From Rhizobium sp. Q54 (GTDB taxonomy: Bacteria > Pseudomonadota > Alphaproteobacteria > UBA2966 > CAIVPW01): 64,000 nucleotides of DNA. A program made the translations under genes and the position numbers. The stretch covers positions 26,862-90,861 of the forward strand of contig CAMEYM010000007.1 in the NCBI GenBank assembly GCA_945947575.1, given 5' to 3'. A model generated the notes under the pieces. The model ran no database searches, had not been told where the DNA came from, and was given only the letters and a program-made list of their open reading frames with translations. Positions 38,311-48,140 of this stretch are shown in pieces (positions within the stretch are counted from its first letter, which is position 1; each line of letters starts with the position of its first letter).

Positions 38311-39135
38311 ATGCGCTGGCCCGATTTCATATACATTGGCGTGTCGCGTGCCGGTTCGACGTGGCTCTACCAAGTTCTCTCTGAGCATCCCGGCATAACG
38401 ATGCCGCGCGCGAAGGAAATCCAGTTCTTCGACAAGAACTACGAGCGGGGGGCCGCGTGGTACGGAACGTTCTTCGCCGGAATAGGCGCGGGCCAGATCA
38501 CGGGCGAAGTTTGGCACGACTACTTCATAGACCCGCTCGTCGCCGCTCGGATGAACGAGCACTGTCCCAACATTCGTCTGCTGGTCACCTTGCGTGAGCC
38601 CATCGACTGGACGCGATCCCGTCTGGCCTGGGCGCGCGAGGTCGAGGGCGTTGGCGCACTGACGCTCGAAGCGTACTTGGCGCGGCCCGCCGTCGCTCGC
38701 GAGCTGGACTACTACCGGAACTTGCTGCCGTTCTACGAACGCTTTTCGCCGGACCGCGTCTTGGTTCAGTTTTATGACGATCTCCGGACAGACCCCGCCG
38801 CGTTCGCTCGCAACGTGTACCGCTTCCTCGGGGTGGCCTCTGACGTGCGCGTGCCGTCCATGGACGTGCGCGCGAATCCAGCTCGCCGCGCCAGATTCCG
38901 CGCGGCAAATCGTGCGGCACTTGCCGGAGTGCGCGTGCTGCGCGCCGTCGGTGCGGCGGGAGTCGTCGGGAGGCTCAAACAGAGCGCGGCGGTCCAGCGC
39001 ATACTGTTTCGCGACACGCAGCCCGAGTCGCCGGCTGCAAACGAGCGCATCCAGTTGCGCTATGCAGCTTCGTTCGACGATCTCGAACGCTTGATCGGAC
39101 GGCCCGTGCCAGCCTCCTGGCGACCCTCCGGCTGA
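38311..39135 (+). CDS. PAPS-dependent sulfotransferase
   Basis: 5'-PSB-like IGVSRAGSTWL, KEIQFF, 3'-PB-like LREP.D...S, FYDDL. Confidence 0.85.
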   Translation: MRWPDFIYIGVSRAGSTWLYQVLSEHPGITMPRAKEIQFFDKNYERGAAWYGTFFAGIGAGQITGEVWHDYFIDPLVAARMNEHCPNIRLLVTLREPIDWTRSRLAWAREVEGVGALTLEAYLARPAVARELDYYRNLLPFYERFSPDRVLVQFYDDLRTDPAAFARNVYRFLGVASDVRVPSMDVRANPARRARFRAANRAALAGVRVLRAVGAAGVVGRLKQSAAVQRILFRDTQPESPAANERIQLRYAASFDDLERLIGRPVPASWRPSG

Positions 39136-40361
39136 GTTAATCGGAGGCGGGCCGCGTGCAAGATCTGGTCCGCGCCGAGGCCGGCGAGAAAGATCAGCAA
39201 GGGGTACATGGGCGCGCGGTAGCGCCAGTCGAAATCGAGGATCGTCATGGCGTGAAAGCTAGCCACGCAGAAAACGTAGGTGGCCGCCGACAGGGCGGCA
39301 ACTCGAAGCGCCGGAGGCAACTCGACACGGAGGCGCAGGGCAAGAACCAGGCCCGCGAGGGCGAGGATGTACAGCGGCACGTGTCCCACCCAGTTGATCA
39401 GCTGATGGGAGCCGCTGAATCCGTCGGCGCGAATCTCGAAGAAGTAGGGCAGGCGGACGAGGCACGTCCGCACGAACCCCCAGTAGGAGTCCGTGTCCTG
39501 GAGGTATGTCTCCGGCCGCGAAATGACGACGACACCTTGTTCGAGGAACGGGCGCCAGCGCGCGACCGCCCCCGATAAGAGGTCTCCGGGGAGGAGTGTG
39601 GGGTTCCACATAATCGCTGCTGAGAGCAGTGTAGCGCCGAATGCGAGGACCGCAGCCAGTGCCATGAGCCGTGTCCAGTCGCCGACGATACGCCCCGGAG
39701 AAGCTTGTGCGCGCAGCGAGAGCCAAGCGGTAGCGGCGGCGGCGGCGGCCAAGGGTGGCCACGTCGGTCGCACGAACGCACCCACAGCAATCAGGGCACA
39801 GCACCCCATCAACAGCGCGAACCTCCAGCGCGGTGAATCCCCGGACGTCGCTATCCACGACAGCGCCCAGGTTCCGGCGACGATCGGTACGAACAAGGCG
39901 TCCGATTGCGACATCGCCACCCATTGGTAGCCCTCGAAGCACGCGAAACTAAGGGCAACCGCGACGGCAATGCCAATCCCGCCGACGCCGGCGAGACGCA
40001 GCAACCACGCAGTCAGCACAACTGCGACCGTCTGCGCGAACGCATTCAACACAACCAGAGCCGATAGCCAAAGCGATCCGAGCGCCTGCTGGAGGAACGC
40101 GAGCAGGGCGATGAAAATCAGGTAGCCGGCGAGTGAAATGGGATGGTTGTGGCCGGTGGCCTCTTCCGCACCAGCCAAGTAGGCAAAGGGGTCGTAACCG
40201 ACCGCCGACATGTAGCGGGCGTACGCCGCGTCACGGGCGCCGTCGGCCGTCAGCATCGGCCCGTAGGTAAAGGCGAACAGCAAGAAGAATGCCGCGCTGG
40301 CAACCGTGAGGGCAAACCAAGCGACCGGCCCGATTCGTGACCCGCCCTGGCCGCCACTCAC
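39060..40361 (-). CDS. Polytopic membrane protein, GT-C-like
   Basis: Many TM segments; SDALF, FVRP, DFDWRYRAP; GTG 40361 overlaps the upstream stop. Confidence 0.6.
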   Translation of the reverse strand: MSGGQGGSRIGPVAWFALTVASAAFFLLFAFTYGPMLTADGARDAAYARYMSAVGYDPFAYLAGAEEATGHNHPISLAGYLIFIALLAFLQQALGSLWLSALVVLNAFAQTVAVVLTAWLLRLAGVGGIGIAVAVALSFACFEGYQWVAMSQSDALFVPIVAGTWALSWIATSGDSPRWRFALLMGCCALIAVGAFVRPTWPPLAAAAAATAWLSLRAQASPGRIVGDWTRLMALAAVLAFGATLLSAAIMWNPTLLPGDLLSGAVARWRPFLEQGVVVISRPETYLQDTDSYWGFVRTCLVRLPYFFEIRADGFSGSHQLINWVGHVPLYILALAGLVLALRLRVELPPALRVAALSAATYVFCVASFHAMTILDFDWRYRAPMYPLLIFLAGLGADQILHAARLRLTQPEGRQEAGTGRPIKRSRSSNEAA

Positions 40362-41080
40362 GAGATCTTCTCCGCCACCGCGATCACGGAGAGTCCGAAG
40401 GGAGCGGGCACCAGGTTCTCGACCCTCCGCATCAGCGGAATGACCGCATTCATCACCGTGTAGTGCGATCCTTGGTGTGACCGCACGCGGCGAATCCGTC
40501 CGGCGACCAGCCAGCCCGCCGCTCCAACCATGTTGAAGTACTTGAGCCGGTGTACTCGCAGCGCCTGTGTACCCAGCAGCGCGCGCACGCTTGCCGTCGT
40601 GTAGCGGCGGAAGTGGCCATCCAACGTGTCGAGTGTGCCATAGAGCGCGGGATGTGCTGGCAGAAGAAGACACAGCCGCCCGCCGTGGGGCAGGGCGGCG
40701 ACCAGATTGGCAAGCGCCAAGCCGTCGTCGTGCACGTGCTCAAGCAGGTTGGCGCAGACCACGGTGTCGATGGTCCGCTCCAGCAGGGCCCTCGCGAGGG
40801 CTGGATCCGTTACGTCGGCGGCCAACGTATCGATGTTGGTTCGCGGGCCGAACTCCGCCTGCAGGGCGGTGAGCATCTCTGGATCTTGGTCGATCCCGAC
40901 GTAGAGCTCTCGGTCGAGCATGCAGGTGGTGAGGTTACCCGGCCCGCAGCCGACGTCCGCGACGCGCGTCCCAACCCACGGTGCGAACTGCTCGAACTGC
41001 CAGCGGAAGTAGGGCAGGGCGAGGGTATGCCAGTCGCGGTAGCGGTCGAGCCTCCCTTCTGCGGCGCGATCCTCGGTCAT
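40358..41080 (-). CDS. Class I SAM-dependent methyltransferase
   Basis: VADVGCGPGN, GIDQD, NLLEHV, PAHPALYG..D...GHFRRY. Confidence 0.85.
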   Translation of the reverse strand: MTEDRAAEGRLDRYRDWHTLALPYFRWQFEQFAPWVGTRVADVGCGPGNLTTCMLDRELYVGIDQDPEMLTALQAEFGPRTNIDTLAADVTDPALARALLERTIDTVVCANLLEHVHDDGLALANLVAALPHGGRLCLLLPAHPALYGTLDTLDGHFRRYTTASVRALLGTQALRVHRLKYFNMVGAAGWLVAGRIRRVRSHQGSHYTVMNAVIPLMRRVENLVPAPFGLSVIAVAEKIS

Positions 41081-42093
41081 CGCTCGCCGAGGCGCGGCAA
41101 TCGAAGCACGCCGAACAGGAACGCGGTCGAGACGAACTCGACTCCGAGCATGACGAGCGTCGTGCCTAGAATCACGAGCCGGGTCGCGCCCGTGCCTGCC
41201 AAGCCGCCGAATCCCAACTGCTGCCATTGCGCGAACGCCCAGCCCACCAGTCCGATGCCGATGATCAGCGCAATCGCGCCGACGGCAATTCCGTATTCGA
41301 ACGGCGAAGGCGTGCGCTGGGTCGGCGCCGGCAGAAGGTTCTCCTCGGCGACGAACGTGTGGGCGAGCAGGCCCAACAGCGTCACCTGCACGCCAGTCAG
41401 GAACGCCATCGCCCCGACCAGCATTGTGTTTGTGTCGAAGGTCGTAGGCCCGATCTGCAGGGGTCCACGCGCAAGCGCCAGCAGCGTGACGCCGCCGGCA
41501 GCCGCCAGAACCACGCCCGGCAGGCCGAACAACCATTTCGGCGAGTACAGCAGCATCATCCGCAGGTGCCGCCATCCGTCGCGCCATGTTCGTAGGTGCG
41601 CGACGCGAGTTCGCGGCGAGCGCCGTAGCGTCACCGGCACCTCGTTCGTGCGCAGGCGTAACAGTGCCGCCTTAAGTACCATCTCACTGGCGAGTTCCAT
41701 CCCGATCATGCGCAGCTGCATGCGCGCCAACGCGTCGCGGCGAATGGCTCGAAACCCGCAATTCACGTCGCTGGCGGTCGTGCCGAACAACAGGCGCGCA
41801 AGTGCGGTTAGCACCGGCGTGCCGAGCCAGCGATGCAGCGGCGGCATTGCGCCGGGATGAATGATGCCGCCGGCGCCAGGAAATCGCGTGCCCATGACGA
41901 AGTCGGCGCCCCTGGCCGCCTCAATGAAGCGCGGGAGTTCATCGAGGCAGTAGGTCGCATCGGCATCGGCCATGACCAGTAGATCGCCACGCGCTTCGGC
42001 AAATCCGCCGCGCACCGCCGCACCGTAGCCACGCCGGGTCACCGGCACGACGCGTGCGCCGGCCGCCGCCGCGATCTGCTGCGAGCCATCCGT
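41077..42093 (-). pseudogene. GT2 polyprenyl-phosphate glycosyltransferase (DPM1-like with C-terminal TMs), 5'-truncated
   Basis: TDGSQ...GARVV, RGYGAA, MADADATY, DVNCGFR, EMVLKA. Homology stops at TDGS (about 42093). Upstream the frame reaches a TAG with no plausible N-terminus. Confidence 0.75.
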
Positions 42094-42151
42094 ATAGCAG
42101 TGGCGCTGTACCTGCCGTACGCCCGCCTCCTTCCAGCCCGCCGACAGTAGA

Positions 42152-43083
42152 CTGGTGGGCGCATTTGCGTTCGCGCTGTGGGACCCGCGCCAGAACTTGC
42201 TGTTGCTCTGCCGCGATCGCGTCGGCGAGCGTCCCTTGTTCTATTGCCAACGCGGCGCCGACGTGCCCAGCGCGCGGCATCGGAGGGCCTCCGGTTCGTG
42301 CTGTCGGGCGAAGGAGCAGACGAGCTCTTCGGCGGCTATCCGTCCTACATCGGCGCCCAGGTTGCCGACGTTTACGTCCGACAACCTCGGTTCGTACGCG
42401 GTGCCATCGGCGCGGCGGTTCGGGCGATGCCGCAGAGCGAGCGCAAAGTGCCGCTGCGATTTTTGGCTCAGCGCTTTTTGTCGGCGGTGGACCTGCCCGG
42501 TCTGGAACGCCACCGCGAGTGGACGTCGTCGATCTCGTCGCCCGTGATGGGCCGTCTCGGGATAGCTGTCGAGCGGTCGCCGGAGGCCGACGCCGGTGCC
42601 ATCCTGGATGTGGTGCAGCGTTTCGATCTCGAGGTGACTTTGGCGGAGGGGCTTCTGACGAAGTCCGATCGCGGAGGCATGAGCTCGGCGATCGAGATCC
42701 GCTCGCCCTTCCTGGATCGTGACGTGCTCGAATTTGCCGCGTCGCTGCGACGTGAGGATCGGGTCGGCCGCTTGATGACCAAGCGATTCCTGAAGCGCTA
42801 CGCGGAGCGCTATCTGCCTGGTGCCATCGTGCATCGCCGCAAACGCGGCCTTTCGGTGCCGCTTGCCCGTTGGCTGCGGGGTCCGCTCGAAGCGTGGGCT
42901 CGGAAGCGCCTCCGCGCCGGCCGACTCGCCGAGACAGGCCTGGACTCGGCTAGCGTGCTCGGCCTGTTCGATGAGCATCAGGCCGCCCGTGCCGACCACG
43001 CCCGTGCGCTGTGGACGCTATTGGTGCTCGATGTGTGGCTCGAGTGGGCGTCGCAGCTCGGGCGAGAAGCGTCGCGCGCCTAG
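42152..43083 (+). pseudogene. asnB: AsnB-like amidotransferase remnant (N-terminus lost, internal deletion with frameshift)
   Basis: [23 protein letters not shown] in one frame joins [12 protein letters not shown]...TKSDR..M...E.RSPFLD...RKRG in another frame. Confidence 0.85.
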
Positions 43084-43466
43084 GTCGGCTGCCCGCGGGC
43101 GGGTGCAAAGGTCCAGTGTTTCTGGAACAGAAACACGAGGGGTGGGGTCACGACGATGCTGCCCGCGATTCCCCACCAATAGGAAAGGCCGAGCGCCTTC
43201 GTGGCGAGGAACATCAGGCCGGCATTCAGTCCCAGACCGGCGAGCTGTCCCACGAAATACTTCGGTACCTGCTCGACATGGCTACCCATTGCGGCAAATG
43301 TCCACCATCGATTGAGTCCATAGGAAACCGCGAACGCCGGCACGAATGCCGCGACGACGGCGAGGGTTGCGTTCATATCGGCGAATTCGATAAGCAGGAC
43401 CAGGGCGAGGCTATTGACGGCCGTCGCTAGTCCCCCGATGACCACAAACTTCGCATACTGCATCAT
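43080..43466 (-). CDS. gtrA: GtrA-family small flippase
   Basis: KFVVIGGLATAVN, SYGLNRWWTF, four TM segments, 128 aa. Confidence 0.85.
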   Translation of the reverse strand: MMQYAKFVVIGGLATAVNSLALVLLIEFADMNATLAVVAAFVPAFAVSYGLNRWWTFAAMGSHVEQVPKYFVGQLAGLGLNAGLMFLATKALGLSYWWGIAGSIVVTPPLVFLFQKHWTFAPARGQPT

Positions 43467-44472
43467 GTCCGGGGCCGACCTTCTTCCATGCTTGCTCCGC
43501 TTCGTTGATCGCCGGTATGGCGGATTCGACCAGATAGAGAGGGCGCTGCTTCACCTCCTGGAAGATCCGGCCCACGTATTCCCCAAGAATGCCGAGCGAC
43601 AGGAGTTGGATTCCTCCCAGAAAGAGTATCAGTACGACGACCGTCGCGAACCCGGGCACGTCTCGCCCAAGGAGTAGCGTCTGGGTGACGATCACTAGCG
43701 CGTAGAGGATCGACGCCGCGGCGACGAGCGATCCGACGTACATCCACGCTCGCAATGGCACGGTGCTGAACGACGTGATGCCGTCTAGGGCGAAGTTCCA
43801 TAGCCGCCACAAGCTCCACGACGAGCTGGCATGCAGGCGATCGCGTACGTCGTACTCGATGCCCACACTCCGAAAGCCGGCGACAGCGAAAATCCCCTTC
43901 ATGAATCGATTCCGCTCGCGGTATTGGCGGAGGGCGGCGACCACCTTACGGTCGAGAAGGCGGAAGTCGCCAGCGTTCGCCGGAAGACGCACGTCGACCA
44001 TCCAATTGAGCAGGTCGTAGTACCAGGTCGATAACCAGCCACGTAGCGCTGATTGGTCCGGGCGCGCCCGGCGCTGGGCGTAGACGACGTCGAATCCCTC
44101 GCTCCACTTTGCTAGCATCGCCTTGATCAGCAGCGGATCGTGCTGGAGGTCCGCGTCCATCAACGCGACGACGTCGCCACTCGCGTAATCGAGTCCAACG
44201 GTTAGCGCGATTTCTTTGCCGAAGTTGCGCGATAGATTGAGGAGACGAAAGCGCCGATCGCGCACACACACGGCGGCAAGGGCGGAGGCCGTGTTGTCAA
44301 CGCTGCCATCGTTGATGCAAAGCACCTCGACCTGAGAAGGCAGTTGCGCGGCAAGGCTGCCCACTTCTTCAACCAGGCGCGGAACGTTCCGCTCCTCGTT
44401 AAATAGGGGGATGACGATCGAAAGCAGCGACGCCCTCCGGTCCGAGGCGCCACTCGTCATTCCAATAGCCAT
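43411..44472 (-). CDS. gtrB: GtrB/YfdH-like bactoprenol glycosyltransferase (GT2)
   Basis: VIPLFNEE, NDGS.D, SRNFGKE, DADLQH, GDFRL.DR, RNRFMKG, GEYVGRIF.EVK.RP.Y. Confidence 0.9.
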   Translation of the reverse strand: MAIGMTSGASDRRASLLSIVIPLFNEERNVPRLVEEVGSLAAQLPSQVEVLCINDGSVDNTASALAAVCVRDRRFRLLNLSRNFGKEIALTVGLDYASGDVVALMDADLQHDPLLIKAMLAKWSEGFDVVYAQRRARPDQSALRGWLSTWYYDLLNWMVDVRLPANAGDFRLLDRKVVAALRQYRERNRFMKGIFAVAGFRSVGIEYDVRDRLHASSSWSLWRLWNFALDGITSFSTVPLRAWMYVGSLVAAASILYALVIVTQTLLLGRDVPGFATVVVLILFLGGIQLLSLGILGEYVGRIFQEVKQRPLYLVESAIPAINEAEQAWKKVGPGHDAVCEVCGHRGTSDGRQ

Positions 44473-44532
44473 TGCCGTGAACTCCGCACCGCTTCGGAAC
44501 CAACCATAGACGTTGTTGCGAGCAACAGGATA

Positions 44533-45759
44533 GTGTCGGGCCTCCCCTCCGTGACGCCCCCGCCCTCGAAATCATTGCTGCTCCGCGCCGCAGGGTCCCC
44601 CCTGCTGCCCGTGATAGCGTTGGGGCTGATCTACGCGTGGAGCCTAACGTTTGGTTACTTGTGGGACGACATTTTCGAGGTGCGCCGAGACTTCCCCGAC
44701 TCGTTGTCCCGACTCCAGGAGCACTTCCGGCCCCTCTACTACCTCTCGTTCGCGCTCACCAACCCGCTGTTCGATTCGGCATTCGAGCACCGGTTAGTCA
44801 ACTACGTGCTTCTGCTGGCAACCGCGGGCATCGGCGCGCTGTGGGCCGCGCGCCTGGGCGTGCCTGTCGCGGGGCTGGTCATCCTCGCGACGTTCCTGCA
44901 CCCGACGTTCGTTTATCCGGCGACGTGGATATCGCAGCGCAACGACCTACTCTTGCTGCTGCTCCTGTTCCTGGCCCTTTTGCACCTCAGGGAAGTCCGG
45001 GGCTTTTGGTATCTCCTCCTGTCCGATCTTTCGAAGTCGCCGTTCGTCCTGCATACGCTTTGGTTCGCCGGCCGGTTCTGGCTCGATGGTCATCGCGTTC
45101 GCGCCCTCATGGCGTTCGCCATCGTGCCGTTGCTGATCGCCCACATGTTGCTGTTTTGGCAGGGCGTCTCGGAAACCGCGAGCAGCCCGATGGGTGGCTT
45201 CGAACGCGAGGGAATCGTCGGTCTCGCGGTGATGCTCCTGGTGCGTGGCGCCAAAGTCGCGGAAGGAGTCTTTCTCGCTCTGGCCCCGATCGCCGCCTTC
45301 TATGAGGCGGTGCCGCACGCGATGCTGGCCTTGATCGTCGCTGTGTACGCAGGTGCGTGGGGCGCGCTGCTGTGGTCGGCGCGGGGCTCGCAATGGCCGA
45401 TGCGGCCCGTCACCTACGTCGTGCTTGCTCTGCTGAACGCGCTGCCGTTTGCAATCAACAGCGACCCGAGGGTCATAGGGCCCGTCATCGCTCTACTTTG
45501 GCCGGCGCTCTTCATGTTTGCGCGGAAGGGCAGCGGACTTGCGCCCACCGCAGCGGTCGTGCTTCTTGCGCTCAATCTGTGGGGGACGATGCTGAACTAT
45601 GGCATCTCCGACACGGGGGCGTATCGGCCGGACGAAGCACCGGACTATGTCCTATGCGCCGAGCGGGAGGTGCAGTATCCGATGGAGCGTTGGCGCTGCG
45701 AGCGAAACGCCTTCGCCCACCAGATCATTCAGGGGGTAAATCGTACTTTCCAGCACTAG
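44533..45759 (+). CDS. GtrC-like polytopic GT-C glycosyltransferase
   Basis: YLWDD, HFRPLY, ATWISQRND motifs, many TMs; divergent from gtrBA. Confidence 0.7.
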   Translation: MSGLPSVTPPPSKSLLLRAAGSPLLPVIALGLIYAWSLTFGYLWDDIFEVRRDFPDSLSRLQEHFRPLYYLSFALTNPLFDSAFEHRLVNYVLLLATAGIGALWAARLGVPVAGLVILATFLHPTFVYPATWISQRNDLLLLLLLFLALLHLREVRGFWYLLLSDLSKSPFVLHTLWFAGRFWLDGHRVRALMAFAIVPLLIAHMLLFWQGVSETASSPMGGFEREGIVGLAVMLLVRGAKVAEGVFLALAPIAAFYEAVPHAMLALIVAVYAGAWGALLWSARGSQWPMRPVTYVVLALLNALPFAINSDPRVIGPVIALLWPALFMFARKGSGLAPTAAVVLLALNLWGTMLNYGISDTGAYRPDEAPDYVLCAEREVQYPMERWRCERNAFAHQIIQGVNRTFQH

Positions 45760-45945
45760 CCGGCACCGCGGCGCGGTCGCGTGTTTCGGCGCAGGGCTTG
45801 CCCCGTCCGACTAGGCTTCGTCGGAAGGGCGTGACCTGTCTTCGGTCCCTGCATGGGGAATTGGCGCCACGGCCCATCGGATAGCCGAGTGGGCGGTAGC
45901 GCGGTCATGCCTCGCCGACGGGGGGGCCGGCGGCGCCGGCGCGGC

Positions 45946-46641
45946 CTACGTCTTTAGCTGGCGATGGCTGTGTCTAGCGAGGGCATCTTGCACCCGGCGC
46001 GGCACGAGTCGAACCGCGCATCGTCTAAGACGGTACAGTGGTGGCGCTAGGTCGGCCACGGGAGCATGCCGCTCGACTTTCGTAGCAGCAATTCTTGCCG
46101 GCACGTCGCCACGCACGAACAGCAAGATGTTATAGCGGTACCAAGGGGCAATTGTGGCTTGCGCGATGCGCGGTCGTACGAAGTCGTACAGCTGGAAGCC
46201 CCTGTCAGCGAACAGGTCGCGCCAGAACCCGTAGGGGCGCTCATTTACATGCCGCATTCCTCCCTGTCCCGGCGGGGCGGCGGAAAACAGCACGGCAGGC
46301 GCGTGGGACGTAAGCGTCTCTACGAACTGTGCCGACGACTCGCAGGGCAGATGTTCGGCCACTTCCAGGCTTTGCGCCATGTCGAACGTGCGGTCCAGCC
46401 TAACAGGCGCGGACAGGTCGGCAGCGGTCAGATGCTCGCTGGCCGGAAGCCATGGCCCGTCGATGCCATGCGTATCTCGCGCACCGTTTACTCTCCACGC
46501 TGCGAGCCAAGCGCCTCTGCCGCAGCCGAAGTCCGCAACCGAACGAATAGGAAATTCGCGAGCGAGCAGCGGCACCACGACACGCGCCCCGCGTACAGCG
46601 TGGCGGTCTGTGTATCCGTAAAAGGCCGAATCGTATGTCAA
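45946..46641 (-). CDS. Class I SAM-dependent methyltransferase
   Basis: VADFGCGRG, DLSAP, SLEVAEHL, GQGG..HVNE. Confidence 0.85.
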   Translation of the reverse strand: MTYDSAFYGYTDRHAVRGARVVVPLLAREFPIRSVADFGCGRGAWLAAWRVNGARDTHGIDGPWLPASEHLTAADLSAPVRLDRTFDMAQSLEVAEHLPCESSAQFVETLTSHAPAVLFSAAPPGQGGMRHVNERPYGFWRDLFADRGFQLYDFVRPRIAQATIAPWYRYNILLFVRGDVPARIAATKVERHAPVADLAPPLYRLRRCAVRLVPRRVQDALARHSHRQLKT

Positions 46642-46942
46642 CCCAATCGCTCATGTCGGTGACGGGTGATGCGCAATCCAATGCGGCATCTAACCCGATC
46701 GATCTCCCGGCCATTGGACTGCAAACGCCGCGAAAAAGGAATGGCAAACACCTGCTGGTGCTTCCCTCGCGGATCTCCTCGACCCCCGTCGCTCGATGCC
46801 TCCATTGCCGTGTGGCAAGCTAGAGATGGTCCGCGTCGATGCCCTGCTGACAGGTGAAGCGCGGTACTGGGCGGAAGTGGCGGTGAGCGAAGTGTGGGAA
46901 GTCGCTCGTGGGCGTGGCAAAGCTGATCGATAGGCGCGCTGC

Positions 46943-47320
46943 TCATCGCGCGGCGCGGCCCTCGCAACGACCGAGCTCGCTCACGAATGCTGCAACCGCA
47001 TCCCCCATGACCGCGCATCCCGCGGCGTTGAAGTGATTCGCCTTCCGGCCGGGGAAGAACGCCAGAGGGTCATCGTCGGCGTGCATAATCGGCGTCAGGT
47101 CGAGCCACGGGACTTCCAGTCGCGTCACCGCGTTGCTTACGACCTTATCGGGCGGCTCGCGAATTGGAGCGACACGGCTTGGACCGTGCGCCAATACAAT
47201 CCCGCCGAAGGGTATGATTTGCCCCGCAAGCAGTGGCAGCGCGCCCATGTAGTAGTGGGCCGCTTCAATCGGCGCTAAGCCGCGCTCCGCGTAGCTCCTT
47301 GAGAGCGCGCTTTCGACCTC
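46943..47320 (-). pseudogene. C-terminal fragment of an SGNH/GDSL-like hydrolase
   Basis: PWLDLTP...DPLAFF....NHFNAAG (block V DxxH-like); catalytic GDS block absent; frame begins directly after the TAG at 47321-47323. Confidence 0.5.
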
Positions 47321-48100
47321 CTAGCGCTGACTGAGCGCTTTGAGCGGATCGTCTGAGTTGTGCGCAGTATGTCGGTGCTCCGCGATGATTTCCCGGGCAC
47401 GATCCACGGTCGCGTCGCGCGGACCACGAGTGAGCCGCGGATCGTAGAGCGTGCGCAGTAGCACAAGGTCGTTCCTCGTCAGCCGGCGCTCTGCCAACAG
47501 CGCTGAGTCGATGCCGACCGGATGCGCTTGGAAACCGAACACGTGCATCAGCTCATGCCAGATGCATGCCTCTATCTCGTAGTGAGGCGACTCGTCCGGA
47601 ATCACGATCGTGGCGCGCCGGGCGCGCAGGTTTTGCAGCTGCGTGACCGTGTAGCAGAGGGTGTGTTCCGACAGATAGTCGGCACCCTCCTGCGTTGCAC
47701 CAAGGCGCCCCGCCATCAGGCCGTACTCCCTCGGCGGCACCAGCTCAATGAGCACATTGAACGACTCAGCACCCTGCGGAGCGAGTTGGGCGTCTATGCC
47801 CGTCAACATCGTAAAGCGCGCCGCAGCCTCCGCAACTTGAGGCGTGTATTGCTCCGAGCCTTTGCCCGTCAGCGCGATGCGCAGGGGCATTTCCCATGTA
47901 CGCAAGCCGGCGCCACGCAACGCCATGCGTTCGAAGTTGTCGGAGAGCACTTCGGCAGAGGCGAGGTTATCAACGCTAGGGGCACGCGCCAGCCAGACCA
48001 GCAATACGGTTAGCATCACGAAGAACGACAGCAGCCCAGGCCACAGCGCAAAGCGCCGTGGTGGTGGCTCTGGTCCCAATTCCTCAATGTCAATGAACAC
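47321..48100 (-). CDS. DUF2927-like membrane-anchored protein with HExxH zinc motif
   Basis: N-terminal TM; CIWHELMHVFG; D...LRTLYDPRL. Confidence 0.65.
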   Translation of the reverse strand: MFIDIEELGPEPPPRRFALWPGLLSFFVMLTVLLVWLARAPSVDNLASAEVLSDNFERMALRGAGLRTWEMPLRIALTGKGSEQYTPQVAEAAARFTMLTGIDAQLAPQGAESFNVLIELVPPREYGLMAGRLGATQEGADYLSEHTLCYTVTQLQNLRARRATIVIPDESPHYEIEACIWHELMHVFGFQAHPVGIDSALLAERRLTRNDLVLLRTLYDPRLTRGPRDATVDRAREIIAEHRHTAHNSDDPLKALSQR

Positions 48101-48140
48101 GCCGACAGCCTAGCTCCGGCTATGCGCCCAGCGTAAGCAG

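Noticed and set aside
45892-45903. ops-like GGCGGTAGCGCG
   Set aside because: It lacks the conserved TG, is not in an operon leader, and similar strings occur inside CDSs (for example near 37936).
46642-46942. Possible sulfotransferase remnant (HRHFRP...) on the minus strand
   Set aside because: The similarity is too short and interrupted by a stop; it cannot be supported without a search.
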